DNA from: Parafilimonas sp.
GTDB lineage: Bacteria > Bacteroidota > Bacteroidia > Chitinophagales > Chitinophagaceae
Direction of reading: 5' to 3'
NCBI GenBank assembly: GCA_025927795.1
Contig: JAICKT010000001.1
Span: forward strand, 1-39,635
Length of the DNA stretch: 39,635 nucleotides
The position numbers were made by a program, and so were the translations under genes. Numbering within the stretch: the stretch's first letter is position 1; every line of letters begins with the position of its first letter. Positions 9,905 to 19,231 of the stretch are shown here, piece by piece. Below the pieces are notes generated by a model, which saw only the letters and a list, made by a program, of their open reading frames with translations, was not told the DNA's origin and did not search any database.

Positions 9905-10979
9905 TCTTCAGATTTTTTAAGTAAGATGTCTCTGCAGGTATATCAATAGTAAATTTTGCACCACCGGTTGTTTTATTTTGTAATTGAATAGAACCTTTCA
10001 TCGCTTCAGTAAAGCCTTTTACAATAGATAATCCCAAGCCTGTACCACCGGGTTTTGAATTTTTAAGACGATAAAATTTATCAAAAACAAAATCAATTTC
10101 ATCGGCAGGAAAACCTTCGCCATTATCTTCTATTATTATTTGTAAAATATCTTCATGACAAATGGCAACAACATTAATAACTGTTTTGGCCGGCGTATAT
10201 AAACATGCATTATTTAAAAGATTAAAAATAATTTGTTCCAGCATTCCTTCATCTAATTTAAAAAGAGGAATAGAAGGATTGATATTAATATTAATTCTTT
10301 GCGTGATATTATTTTGTTCTATTTTTTTTACGATGCTATAAATAAGTTCAGTTATATCAATCCAATTTTTTTTAGGTTTGATAAAACCACTTTCAAGCCG
10401 CGACATGTTTAGAAGATTTTCTACCTGAACATTGAGTCGCATGCTTGCTTTGGAAATTTCATTTAAAAGTTCATACTTATTTTCAGCAGTTAATTTGCCA
10501 TTGTTGGTTTGTAAATTATCTGTAGCACCTAAGATGGCGGCAATAGGCGTTCGCAATTCGTGAGAAAGTGAATTAAGCAAAGTATTATATAATTTTATTG
10601 TGTTTGCCTTCTCTTCCTTTTGCGTTGCAATTTTTTCAAACTCTCTTATTTTATAAGTAAGCACTGCATTAAGTAATGCAATAACAAAATACATCAGCAA
10701 TAAAATAGTATCTTCTGAATTGCCAACCTGTAATGTAAAGCGCGGTGGAATAAAAAAATAATCCCAAATTATTGCACTTAAAAAGGCTGCGAGTAACACC
10801 GGCAGAATATCAAAAACCATTGCAATAATTGAAACTATAAAAAGCAATATGAACGCTACAACCTTGTAATTACTTTGTGTAAATATTATAAAACAAATAC
10901 TTGAAACAACGCAAACAGTAAATACTGTGATCAAAAATTGAAGTGGCTTATTTATTTTATAAATTAAAAACCTTGTCAT
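9897..10979 (-). CDS. Short KdpD-like sensor histidine kinase (DUF4118 TM domain + HisKA + HATPase)
   Basis: 4 TM helices with DYFFIPPRFT, SLSHELRTP, NLLNNA, DNGEG, GTGLGL; no N-terminal KdpD/USP or GAF domain. Start moved to ATG 10979, downstream of the -7 element. Confidence 0.85.
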   Translation of the reverse strand: MTRFLIYKINKPLQFLITVFTVCVVSSICFIIFTQSNYKVVAFILLFIVSIIAMVFDILPVLLAAFLSAIIWDYFFIPPRFTLQVGNSEDTILLLMYFVIALLNAVLTYKIREFEKIATQKEEKANTIKLYNTLLNSLSHELRTPIAAILGATDNLQTNNGKLTAENKYELLNEISKASMRLNVQVENLLNMSRLESGFIKPKKNWIDITELIYSIVKKIEQNNITQRINININPSIPLFKLDEGMLEQIIFNLLNNACLYTPAKTVINVVAICHEDILQIIIEDNGEGFPADEIDFVFDKFYRLKNSKPGGTGLGLSIVKGFTEAMKGSIQLQNKTTGGAKFTIDIPAETSYLKNLKNE

Positions 10980-10996
10980 TATTCTGCAATAAAGAG

Positions 10997-11063
10997 CAAA
11001 ATTAAATCTACGCATATAAGAAGAATATTAAAGACTGATAATAAAGTATAAAGATTTTATAAG
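10997..11063 (-). promoter_or_regulatory. Kinase/regulator promoter with KdpE-like direct repeats
   Basis: Minus strand: CTTATA-AAATC-TTTATA-N14-TTTAATA-TTCTT-CTTATA-N10-TAATTTTG. Confidence 0.7.
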
Positions 11064-11175
11064 CAGATAAAATTGAATAAGTAATTAAAATTTGTTTTCG
11101 CCATGTTAATTGATTTACACCCAAAGCCAAGTAAAATATTTTTGTTGATAAGAATTCTATGACTTAAAACGTCAT

Positions 11176-11210
11176 AAAAAAAGCCCGCTAAGCTTTTTCT
11201 CAACGGGCTT
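11176..11210 (-). terminator. Rho-independent terminator of aconitase
   Basis: Minus strand: AAGCCCGTTGAG-AAAAAG-CTTAGCGGGCTT followed by a T-run, 20 nt after the stop. Confidence 0.85.
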
Positions 11211-11230
11211 AAAAACTTTCATAAAATCAA

Positions 11231-13516
11231 TTACACCGCAATTTCTTCGCCTGCATTAAATTTTTTACGAATGATATTTAATGCCGCACCTGCTTTAAAC
11301 CATTCGATCTGTTGTTCATTATAAGTATGATTTACTTCAAAGCTTTCAGATTCATCATTGCTGTGATGCAGCATAACCGTAAGCGAAGAACCCGGCGCAA
11401 ATTCTTTCAACCCTAAAATATCAATTGTATCATCTTCCTGTACTTTATCGTAATCATCTTTATCCGCAAATGTTAGCGCAAGCATACCTTGCTTTTTCAA
11501 ATTGGTTTCATGTATGCGTGCAAAGCTTTTTACGATAATTGCGCGTACGCCTAAAAATCTCGGCTCCATCGCTGCGTGTTCACGTGAACTTCCTTCACCA
11601 TAATTTTCATCACCCACTATAATAGTACCAATGCCTGCCGCTTTGTAAGCTCTTTGTGTTGCGGGTACAGAACCATATTCACCGGTCAGTTGATTTTTTA
11701 CTGAATCAGTTTGATTATTAAAATAATTAATAGCGCCAATTAAAAGATTGTTTGAAATATTATCAAGATGACCGCGATATTTTAACCACGGACCTGCCAT
11801 TGAAATATGATCCGTTGTACATTTTCCTTTTGCTTTAATAAGAAGTTTCAGGCTTTTAAGATCAGTTCCTTCCCACTCAGCAAATGGAGCCAATAATTGC
11901 AAGCGCGAAGAATTCGGATCAACGGCAACCTGTATGTGGCTTCCATCTTCAGCAGGTTGCTGATAACCGGGATCATCAACAGCAAAACCTTTTGGCGGTA
12001 ATTCATGGCCGTGTGGCTCACTCAATTTTACTTCTTCACCTTTATCATTTTTTAATGAATCAGTTAAAGGATTAAATTTAATTGTACCTGCCATTGCCAT
12101 TGCAGTAACAACTTCAGGCGAAGCAACAAATGCATGTGTTGAAGCCAAACCATCATTACGTTTTGCAAAGTTTCTGTTGAACGATGTTATAATTGTATTC
12201 TTGCGATTTGGATCATCAATATGCCTTGCCCATTGACCAATACAAGGTCCACATGCATTTGCTAAAACAATACCACCTACACTTTCAAAATCATTTATAA
12301 AACCATCTCTTTCTATAGTAAAGCGAACCTGTTCAGAGCCTGGTGTAATTGTAAATTCGCTATGTGTTTTTAAACCTTTGCTTACAGCATCTTTTACAAT
12401 AGAAGCAGAGCGGCTGATATCTTCATAAGATGAATTGGTGCAACTGCCTATTAATGCAACTTCAAGTTTTTCTGGCCAGCCATTTTTTTCAACAGCTTCT
12501 TTCATTTTAGAAATTGGCGTTGCAAGGTCTGGTGTGAAAGGGCCGTTTACATAAGGTTCAAGTTCATTTAAATTTAATTCTAAAACCTGGTCGTAATATT
12601 TTTCGGGGTTTTCATAAACCTCTGCATCAGGCCGCAAATGTTCTTTTATACCATTTGCTAATTCAGCAATATCAGCACGATTTGTTGCCTTTAAATAATC
12701 AGACATTTTTCCATCATAAGCAAACAAAGAACATGTTGCACCAATTTCTGCCCCCATATTACAAATGGTCGCTTTACCTGTTGCACTAAAGCTATCGGCG
12801 CCATCTCCAAAATATTCTACAATAGCACCGGTGCCGCCTTTTACAGTTAATTGTCCTGCAACCCAAAGAATAATATCTTTTGCACTTGTCCACCCGCTTA
12901 ATTTTCCCGTAAGTTTTATGCCGATAAGTTTAGGCCATTTAAGTTCCCAAGGTAAGCCCGCCATTACATCGCAGGCATCTGCGCCGCCAACACCAATTGC
13001 AATCATACCTAAACCACCTGCATTGGGCGTGTGGCTGTCTGTACCAATCATCATTCCGCCGGGAAAAGCATAATTTTCCAACACAACCTGGTGAATAATT
13101 CCTGCGCCGGGCTTCCAAAAACCAATACCATATTTATCGGAAACTGATGCGAGAAAATCATATACTTCTTTGTTTACGTTTAAAGCAACTGCAAGATCTT
13201 CTTTGGCGCCTGTTTTTGCCTGAATTAAATGGTCGCAATGCACGGTTGAAGGCACTGCAACTTTTGGCCTGCCGGCCTGCATAAACTGCAGCAAAGCCAT
13301 TTGCGCTGTTGCATCCTGCATGGCAACGCGGTCAGGTGCAAAGTTTGTATATGTTTTGCCGCGTTCAAAGATTTGGAAAGTTTGTTCTTCAGATAAATGT
13401 GCGTATAAAATTTTTTCGGCTAAGGTTAGAGAACGGTTTAATAATTTACGGGCAGTTTCAATTTTTCCGGGTATTTCTTTATAAACCCTTTTAATCATTT
13501 CAATATCAAAAGCCAT
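11231..13516 (-). CDS. acnA: Aconitate hydratase (mitochondrial-like type)
   Basis: [51 protein letters not shown]. Likely start ATG 13516; -7 element TAAATTTG at 13553-13560. Confidence 0.93.
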   Translation of the reverse strand: MAFDIEMIKRVYKEIPGKIETARKLLNRSLTLAEKILYAHLSEEQTFQIFERGKTYTNFAPDRVAMQDATAQMALLQFMQAGRPKVAVPSTVHCDHLIQAKTGAKEDLAVALNVNKEVYDFLASVSDKYGIGFWKPGAGIIHQVVLENYAFPGGMMIGTDSHTPNAGGLGMIAIGVGGADACDVMAGLPWELKWPKLIGIKLTGKLSGWTSAKDIILWVAGQLTVKGGTGAIVEYFGDGADSFSATGKATICNMGAEIGATCSLFAYDGKMSDYLKATNRADIAELANGIKEHLRPDAEVYENPEKYYDQVLELNLNELEPYVNGPFTPDLATPISKMKEAVEKNGWPEKLEVALIGSCTNSSYEDISRSASIVKDAVSKGLKTHSEFTITPGSEQVRFTIERDGFINDFESVGGIVLANACGPCIGQWARHIDDPNRKNTIITSFNRNFAKRNDGLASTHAFVASPEVVTAMAMAGTIKFNPLTDSLKNDKGEEVKLSEPHGHELPPKGFAVDDPGYQQPAEDGSHIQVAVDPNSSRLQLLAPFAEWEGTDLKSLKLLIKAKGKCTTDHISMAGPWLKYRGHLDNISNNLLIGAINYFNNQTDSVKNQLTGEYGSVPATQRAYKAAGIGTIIVGDENYGEGSSREHAAMEPRFLGVRAIIVKSFARIHETNLKKQGMLALTFADKDDYDKVQEDDTIDILGLKEFAPGSSLTVMLHHSNDESESFEVNHTYNEQQIEWFKAGAALNIIRKKFNAGEEIAV

Positions 13517-13736
13517 GTTCAAAAATTTTAAATTATTCTATTTGAATGTTTGCAAATTTACATTAAATGAGCTACAAAATTTTTCGGGCAACTTAACCAT
13601 AGCGATGAAAATTTTTAGCGAAACGAAGTTCACGAGGCCTTTTAAAAAATAAATAATATGTGAGTAATTACATCTGTCAATAAAAAACAAAAAATATACA
13701 GATGAAATGAAAGAATAATTTTTTTATATTGCATTC

Positions 13737-13958
13737 ATGTACAGACTGAAACAGCTAATTGAATGGCGAATGTTTGGCGTGTGTGAGCCATTGGGAGAGA
13801 AGCTTGGTATTTCAAGCAGCCGCATAAGAATGTGGTTTATTTACATCTCTTTTTTAACGATGGGCTCTCCCTTAATAATTTATATGGTAATGGCGTTTTG
13901 GCTGAACATTAAAAAATATATTCTTTCTGCAAAACGTAATCCTCTTAAATATCTTTAA
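13737..13958 (+). CDS. PspC-domain small membrane protein
   Basis: FGVC--LGEKLGI...IR--FI...TM...IY pattern of PspC. Confidence 0.75.
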   Translation: MYRLKQLIEWRMFGVCEPLGEKLGISSSRIRMWFIYISFLTMGSPLIIYMVMAFWLNIKKYILSAKRNPLKYL

Positions 13959-13969
13959 AAGCAGATATT

Positions 13970-14914
13970 TTGATAAAGATTGAATATTCGCACACTAATT
14001 ACAATAATTTCTTCCGGCACCTTGCACGGCTGCTACATTTAAAAGTAAAAGATAATACCGGGGTTTTGCCTTCGTCTGTAGGCGAGGGAAGCATTAAATT
14101 AATAAACCTGCAAAACGCCATGCAGGTTATTTTGTTTGATCATGTGCTTAAACAAGATATTATTTATCATCGCAAAAAAGCTAATCAAAATTTTTATGTA
14201 ATGCGCATTGATGAGGCGTTAGAGCAAACTGAAAACGCCAAAGCAGCTTTATTTTTTTCTGATGCAAATACAGAATGGTATTATATGGCGCCGGCAAATA
14301 CAAGGGTGCGTACAATGCATATTTTATTTTCGAAAAACTGGTTACAGGAATTACTTAGTATTGAACCAAAAGGTGAAACGCTTATATCAAATGTGCTTTT
14401 AAAAACCACTCTATATCATTATGAAATTCTTGATTCAGAATACAAGCGTTTATTAAGCCACATAACCCAGCCTAAAAAGGATTTAGCATTTGAACAGCTT
14501 ATAATTCACAACGCTGTTATGTTTATTCTCGAACGTTTTCTTACAAGGTTTTATAAAAAAACTTCAGAAGAATATAAACCAATAAGAGCTTCTTCAGATG
14601 AATTGCAAAGATTGAAAACTGTTGAATCTGAAATACTGAAAGATTTTTCTTATACGCCGCCAAATATTAACCAGCTTTCACGCATGGCTGCTATGAGCCC
14701 ATCGAAACTTAAACTTATTTTTAAGCAAGTATTTGGTATGCCGGTTTACCAGTATTATCAAAAGCATCGTATGCAAAAAGGTAAAGCAATGCTTATCACG
14801 CAAAAATATTCTATTAAACAAGTAGCTGCTGAATTAGGTTACACACATGTAAAAGATTTCAGCAAAGCTTTTCAAAAACATTTTGACCAGTTTCCAGATG
14901 AACTAATCAACTAA
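13970..14914 (+). CDS. AraC family transcriptional regulator
   Basis: C-terminal double HTH (LSRMAAMSPSKLK--FKQVFG ... VAAELGY...FSKAFQKHF); TTG start. Confidence 0.88.
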   Translation: MIKIEYSHTNYNNFFRHLARLLHLKVKDNTGVLPSSVGEGSIKLINLQNAMQVILFDHVLKQDIIYHRKKANQNFYVMRIDEALEQTENAKAALFFSDANTEWYYMAPANTRVRTMHILFSKNWLQELLSIEPKGETLISNVLLKTTLYHYEILDSEYKRLLSHITQPKKDLAFEQLIIHNAVMFILERFLTRFYKKTSEEYKPIRASSDELQRLKTVESEILKDFSYTPPNINQLSRMAAMSPSKLKLIFKQVFGMPVYQYYQKHRMQKGKAMLITQKYSIKQVAAELGYTHVKDFSKAFQKHFDQFPDELIN

Positions 14915-14919
14915 CAATA

Positions 14920-15957
14920 TTGTACTTAGAATATAACATATACAACAGCACGAATATCCTGCACGCATTTGGAAACATTTGCGGCGTACGTGCAGATAAC
15001 ACCAGGATAGACATTCCTTCTACCTGTGGCGAAGGTTTTATGCAGTCTTTTAATTTTGGTTCAGGCATTTCTGTACTTGCTTCAGATATAAGCATGAAAG
15101 AAGATTTTGAAATAAAAAGAAACCAGCATCCTTCATCACAATATTTTGTTTTATTATTTAATGAGCTTGTTGAAAAATCAAACTACGAGCAAATCGACAA
15201 ATTAGCATTTGATAAATTTGATCTTAGAAAAAAAATTGTACGGTTATCCAGTTCACTTATTCCATCGCAAAGCATATTACCAGCAAATTTCAGAATACGC
15301 AGTGTGCTTATCATTTTTAATAAACAATCATTATTAAATTTTATTGATTTTAAAACTGCAGAGGAGTTTATCAATCTTTATTTTTCGATTTATATAAAGA
15401 AGAGTTTTGTTGCACCAATGGATGCAGAATATCGCTGGATAATAGAAGACCTGCATCATGAAATATCAAATCATCCGCTGCAGAATTTATTTGCTGAAAA
15501 CAGGGTAATGCTGTTGCTTGAAAAGTTTTTGTACAATTTTATGATCCGTGAAAAACACACGGGCAAAAAAATGCAGTTTAAAGAAGAAGAATTAAGCCGC
15601 CTTGTTAAAGCAGAAAATATGTTGCTTGCAGATTTTTCCAAAACAGCACCAACTATAAATATTCTTGCAAGAGCATGTGCGATGAGCCCCACAAAATTTA
15701 AAAATGATTTTAAAACTTTATATGGATTACCGGTGTATGAGTATTATCAAAAAAACCGCATGGCTTATGCGCGTACATTAATACAGCATGGCGAAAATTC
15801 TATTAAGCAAGTTGGTATGATGGTAGGTTATAGTAACCTTGGGCATTTTGCTGCTGCGTTTAAAAATGAATATAACATGTTGCCGAGTGAATGGTTGCAT
15901 GCAAACCGCCTGCATCCTGATGTTCAGGAAGAAGTTAAGCCTAATATTTCTTTATAG
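14920..15957 (+). CDS. AraC family transcriptional regulator
   Basis: LARACAMSPTKFK--FK--YG ... VGMMVGYSNLGHFAAAFK; TTG start. Confidence 0.88.
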   Translation: MYLEYNIYNSTNILHAFGNICGVRADNTRIDIPSTCGEGFMQSFNFGSGISVLASDISMKEDFEIKRNQHPSSQYFVLLFNELVEKSNYEQIDKLAFDKFDLRKKIVRLSSSLIPSQSILPANFRIRSVLIIFNKQSLLNFIDFKTAEEFINLYFSIYIKKSFVAPMDAEYRWIIEDLHHEISNHPLQNLFAENRVMLLLEKFLYNFMIREKHTGKKMQFKEEELSRLVKAENMLLADFSKTAPTINILARACAMSPTKFKNDFKTLYGLPVYEYYQKNRMAYARTLIQHGENSIKQVGMMVGYSNLGHFAAAFKNEYNMLPSEWLHANRLHPDVQEEVKPNISL

Positions 15958-16773
15958 AGCTTTCCTGATTTTTACAAGTTGCTCCAACAAAGGCTCAAGT
16001 AAATCTAATTGCAACATGTTTGCGCCATCGCTTTTTGCAACGGCAGGGTTTGGGTGTGTTTCGATAAATAATCCATCAGCACCCGCAGCAATTGCAGCTT
16101 TAGCAATCGTACCAATTAATTGCGGATTGCCACCTGTAACGCCGCTTGTTTGATTAGGTTGTTGCAAACTGTGCGTACAATCCATTACAACAGGCACATT
16201 ATGCATTTGCATCCATGGAATGTTTCGGTAATCAACAACTAAATCCTGGTAACCAAAACTATTTCCACGCTCAGTTAAAATAATTTTATTGTTGCCTGCT
16301 TTACTAATTTTTTCAACAGCAAACTTCATAGAAGGTCCGCTTACAAACTGACCTTTTTTTACGTTCACAATTTTACCGGTTTCTGCAGCAGCAATCAGCA
16401 AATCTGTTTGCCTGCACAGAAAAGCAGGTATTTGTAATATATCAATATATTTTGCAGCAATTGCTGTTTCATCATGCGCATGTACATCACTTGTAACAGG
16501 CAAACCGAATGTTGTATTTATTTTTTTTAATAGTTGAAGTGCGGCTTCATCGCCAATGCCTGTAAAAGAATTTGCGCTGGTACGATTCGCTTTTCTATAA
16601 CTTGATTTAAATACATAAGGAACATTAAGCCGTTTACAAACAGCAGAAACTTTGTCTGCAACCTGCATTAATAATTCTTCACTTTCAACAACACAAGGTC
16701 CGGCAATTAAAAAGAAATTATTTTCATTGTATTGTTGATTCGCAAACAGCTCTTTTAAAAATTGTGGCAACAT
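15952..16773 (-). CDS. kdsA: 3-deoxy-D-manno-octulosonate 8-phosphate synthase
   Basis: AGPCVVES, KANRTS, QIPAFLCRQTDL, NVKKGQF, ERG, DCTHS, SDG. Likely start ATG 16773 (the longer ORF runs into the tRNA). Confidence 0.95.
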   Translation of the reverse strand: MLPQFLKELFANQQYNENNFFLIAGPCVVESEELLMQVADKVSAVCKRLNVPYVFKSSYRKANRTSANSFTGIGDEAALQLLKKINTTFGLPVTSDVHAHDETAIAAKYIDILQIPAFLCRQTDLLIAAAETGKIVNVKKGQFVSGPSMKFAVEKISKAGNNKIILTERGNSFGYQDLVVDYRNIPWMQMHNVPVVMDCTHSLQQPNQTSGVTGGNPQLIGTIAKAAIAAGADGLFIETHPNPAVAKSDGANMLQLDLLEPLLEQLVKIRKAL

Positions 16774-16783
16774 GCCGCGAATG

Positions 16784-16825
16784 TACGAAGTAAGAAATAT
16801 GATGTATGATGTAAGAAGTACAAAT
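16784..16825. repeat. 6 x 7-bp degenerate tandem array (TAnGAnG)
   Basis: tacgaag taagaaa tatgatg tatgatg taagaag tacaaat. Confidence 0.7.
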
Positions 16826-16849
16826 GAGTTATTTAGTTTTGTTCTTTCA

Positions 16850-16922
16850 GCCAACTTAGCTCAGATGGTAGAGCAGCACATTCGTAATGTGCGGGTCGTC
16901 AGTTCGATTCTGATAGTTGGCT
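16850..16922 (+). tRNA. tRNA-Thr (anticodon CGT)
   Basis: Acceptor GCCAACT/AGTTGGC, D-arm GCTC/GAGC, anticodon stem GCACA/TGTGC with loop TTCGTAA, T-loop TTCGATT; CCA not encoded. Confidence 0.95.
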
Positions 16923-17167
16923 CTTAAAATCGCTATGAAAAAAATCTTTTCTTTCTTAATAATTAATTTTTATAAAACGCCTGTATTATGGCACCCGCAT
17001 CGTATTATTGTTTCTTTTTTTACAATTGATTTTCCTTCTGCACTAACACCGACAACTTGAATTGGGTTTAAATTAATCACAGGAACCTTTATCTGGGTAC
17101 AACTGCAAATCTGTGCATTAATAATTTTGGGTTGCCCTTTTTTTATCTTTGATTAATATTCGGATTA

Positions 17168-19102
17168 ATGAAGCCTGTGCATTTCCTTCTGTTTATTTTC
17201 GTTAATTTATTCCCCGGTAATTTATTTTCTCAATACATTCTTAATGGATCGGCAACTAAGCTTAATTGCAATTGTTATAAATTAACCGATACTGTAAACT
17301 TTGTAAGCGGCAGCGTTTGGAATTCAAGAAAAACTAATCTGGATAGTTCTTTTGATTTTCATTTCAATGTTTTTCTCGGGTGCATTGATCCATGGGGCGC
17401 AGATGGTATTGCTTTCATTCTTCAAACAATGCCTACCAGTTTAGGTATTGTTGGCTCCGGATTAGGTTTCCAGGGTGTTTCACCTTCCGTTGGAATTTCT
17501 CTTGATACATGGCAGAACCTTGAGCTTAATGATCCGCCGTGGGATCATATAACTATTCAGTTAAATGGACAGATTGTTCATGATGGCAACGATTTGGCAG
17601 GACCAACAACTGCATCTGCAAATTCTAATAATATTGAAGATTGTAAATGGCACACATTCCGCATAACCTGGGATGCCAGCACTAAAATTTTAGCTGCATA
17701 TTTCGACGGGATTTTTCGCTTGCAGGCACAGTACGATCTTGTAACTAAAGTTTTTAATAATAATCCTTTGGTGTATTGGGGTTTCAGTGCTGCTACAGGA
17801 GGTTCTTTTAATTTGCAGCAGGTTTGCACTTCGCTCAATCCTGAATTTGTTGCTCTTCCCGATAGCTTTACGTGTATTGGCAATACTATAAATTTTGTTG
17901 ATCATTCAGAATCATTTTCTGCTATTAAAAATTTTTATTGGGATTTTGATGATGGTACTGCGAGTACACTTCAAAATCCGCCGCCTCATAATTATACAGT
18001 GCCCGGTGCCTATCTTGTTGAACACATAATAACCGGTGCAGATGGTTGTGTGGATACTTTAGAAAAAATAGTAAACATAGGCAGTAAGCCTGTTCCGGAT
18101 TTTAATTTATATGATACATGCACCGGTAAATTTTTAGGCGTTGCTGATAAATCTGTGAGCTTATTCGGAGCTCCATTTCAATGGACATGGTGGCTTGACA
18201 ATAATTTTATTTCAAGCGATTCATTACCCTCAGTATATAATTTATCTTTAGGAGCACATCAGTTAAAGCTGGCAGAAACCAGCGCTTATGGTTGTAAGTC
18301 AGACACAATTACCAAAGATTTTTCTATTCATACAACGCCGGTTGTTGCTATTAAAGCAAACAATGCATGTATAAAACAACCGGTAAATTTCGCCGGTCTT
18401 CAAATTGATAATGCTACAAACATTTTAAAATGGAATTGGAATTTTGATGGCAGAACATTAAATGAACAAAATCCTGTTTATTATTATTTAGATGGAGGTA
18501 TTAAAATCATTCATCTTACTGCGGATGCAGATGATGGATGTACTTCAAATGATACAGCAGTACAAATTCTTGTTGAAGACATTAATTTAAGTGCGGGAAA
18601 AGATACGTCCGTTCAGTTAAATAAACCGTTTACGCTTGAACCTTCATGGAGCGGACATTATAATGGAATGCCCGCATTTGCCTGGTCTCCCACAGTTGGT
18701 TTAAGCACACCTTTTGGGCCTTACCCAACTGTTGTTTTAGAAAATAATCAGCAATATTATCTCACTGCCACAACCGATGCAGGCTGTGTGGCTACAAGTT
18801 CAGTAAAAATAAATGCGTTTGATAAGCCGGGTATTCTTGTTCCCAATGCTTTTACACCTAATAATGACGGTTTAAATGATATATTAAAACCGAGATATAA
18901 TGGTATTAAGCATCTGGTTTATTTTGCTATTTATAATCGCTGGGGGCAACTGATTTTTAAAACTTCAGATATGTCAAGAGGTTGGGATGGAAATTTTAAT
19001 GGCAGGCCACAAGGCACGCAAACATTTGTATGGATAATAAATGCTGAAGGTTTTGATAATAAAACATATCAGTTGAAAGGAGTGATTACTTTAATAAAAT
19101 AA
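17168..19102 (+). CDS. T9SS type B (gliding-motility-associated CTD) secreted protein with L-type lectin-like and PKD domains
   Basis: Signal peptide; GADGIAF and WGFSAATGG lectin motifs; WDFDDG/WNFDG PKD; VPNAFTPNNDGLND...IYNRWG...GWDG CTD; -7 element TATCTTTG at 17144-17151. Confidence 0.88.
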   Translation: MKPVHFLLFIFVNLFPGNLFSQYILNGSATKLNCNCYKLTDTVNFVSGSVWNSRKTNLDSSFDFHFNVFLGCIDPWGADGIAFILQTMPTSLGIVGSGLGFQGVSPSVGISLDTWQNLELNDPPWDHITIQLNGQIVHDGNDLAGPTTASANSNNIEDCKWHTFRITWDASTKILAAYFDGIFRLQAQYDLVTKVFNNNPLVYWGFSAATGGSFNLQQVCTSLNPEFVALPDSFTCIGNTINFVDHSESFSAIKNFYWDFDDGTASTLQNPPPHNYTVPGAYLVEHIITGADGCVDTLEKIVNIGSKPVPDFNLYDTCTGKFLGVADKSVSLFGAPFQWTWWLDNNFISSDSLPSVYNLSLGAHQLKLAETSAYGCKSDTITKDFSIHTTPVVAIKANNACIKQPVNFAGLQIDNATNILKWNWNFDGRTLNEQNPVYYYLDGGIKIIHLTADADDGCTSNDTAVQILVEDINLSAGKDTSVQLNKPFTLEPSWSGHYNGMPAFAWSPTVGLSTPFGPYPTVVLENNQQYYLTATTDAGCVATSSVKINAFDKPGILVPNAFTPNNDGLNDILKPRYNGIKHLVYFAIYNRWGQLIFKTSDMSRGWDGNFNGRPQGTQTFVWIINAEGFDNKTYQLKGVITLIK

Positions 19103-19159
19103 TGTGATCAAATTAATATTCACGCTGTTTAATATTTTCAAATGATTGCAGATTGATAA

Positions 19160-19194
19160 CAATTGACTGATGGCCATTGACCGTTGATTAATTC
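19160..19194. repeat. Degenerate 7-bp tandem array (CCATTGA family)
   Basis: caattga ctgatgg ccattga ccgttga ttaattc. Confidence 0.55.
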
Positions 19195-19231
19195 AATCTC
19201 ATCTTATCTTCGCAGGCATTAATTAAATTAG

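Noticed and set aside
1-13516. Eukaryote-like glutamate dehydrogenase and mitochondrial-like aconitase as horizontal transfer from eukaryotes
   Set aside because: These types are ordinary in Bacteroidetes, and the genes have native-looking promoters and composition
13658-13673. ATGTGAGTAATTACAT as a CRP/FNR-type site between aconitase and PspC
   Set aside because: Imperfect palindrome with the wrong spacing for TGTGA-N6-TCACA
16935-17060. 41-aa ORF MKKIFSFLII... after the tRNA
   Set aside because: Signal-peptide-like start but no further support; could be chance or a gene relic
16850-19102. tRNA-Thr as integration site of a genomic island
   Set aside because: No integrase, and I saw no duplicated tRNA 3' end in the window
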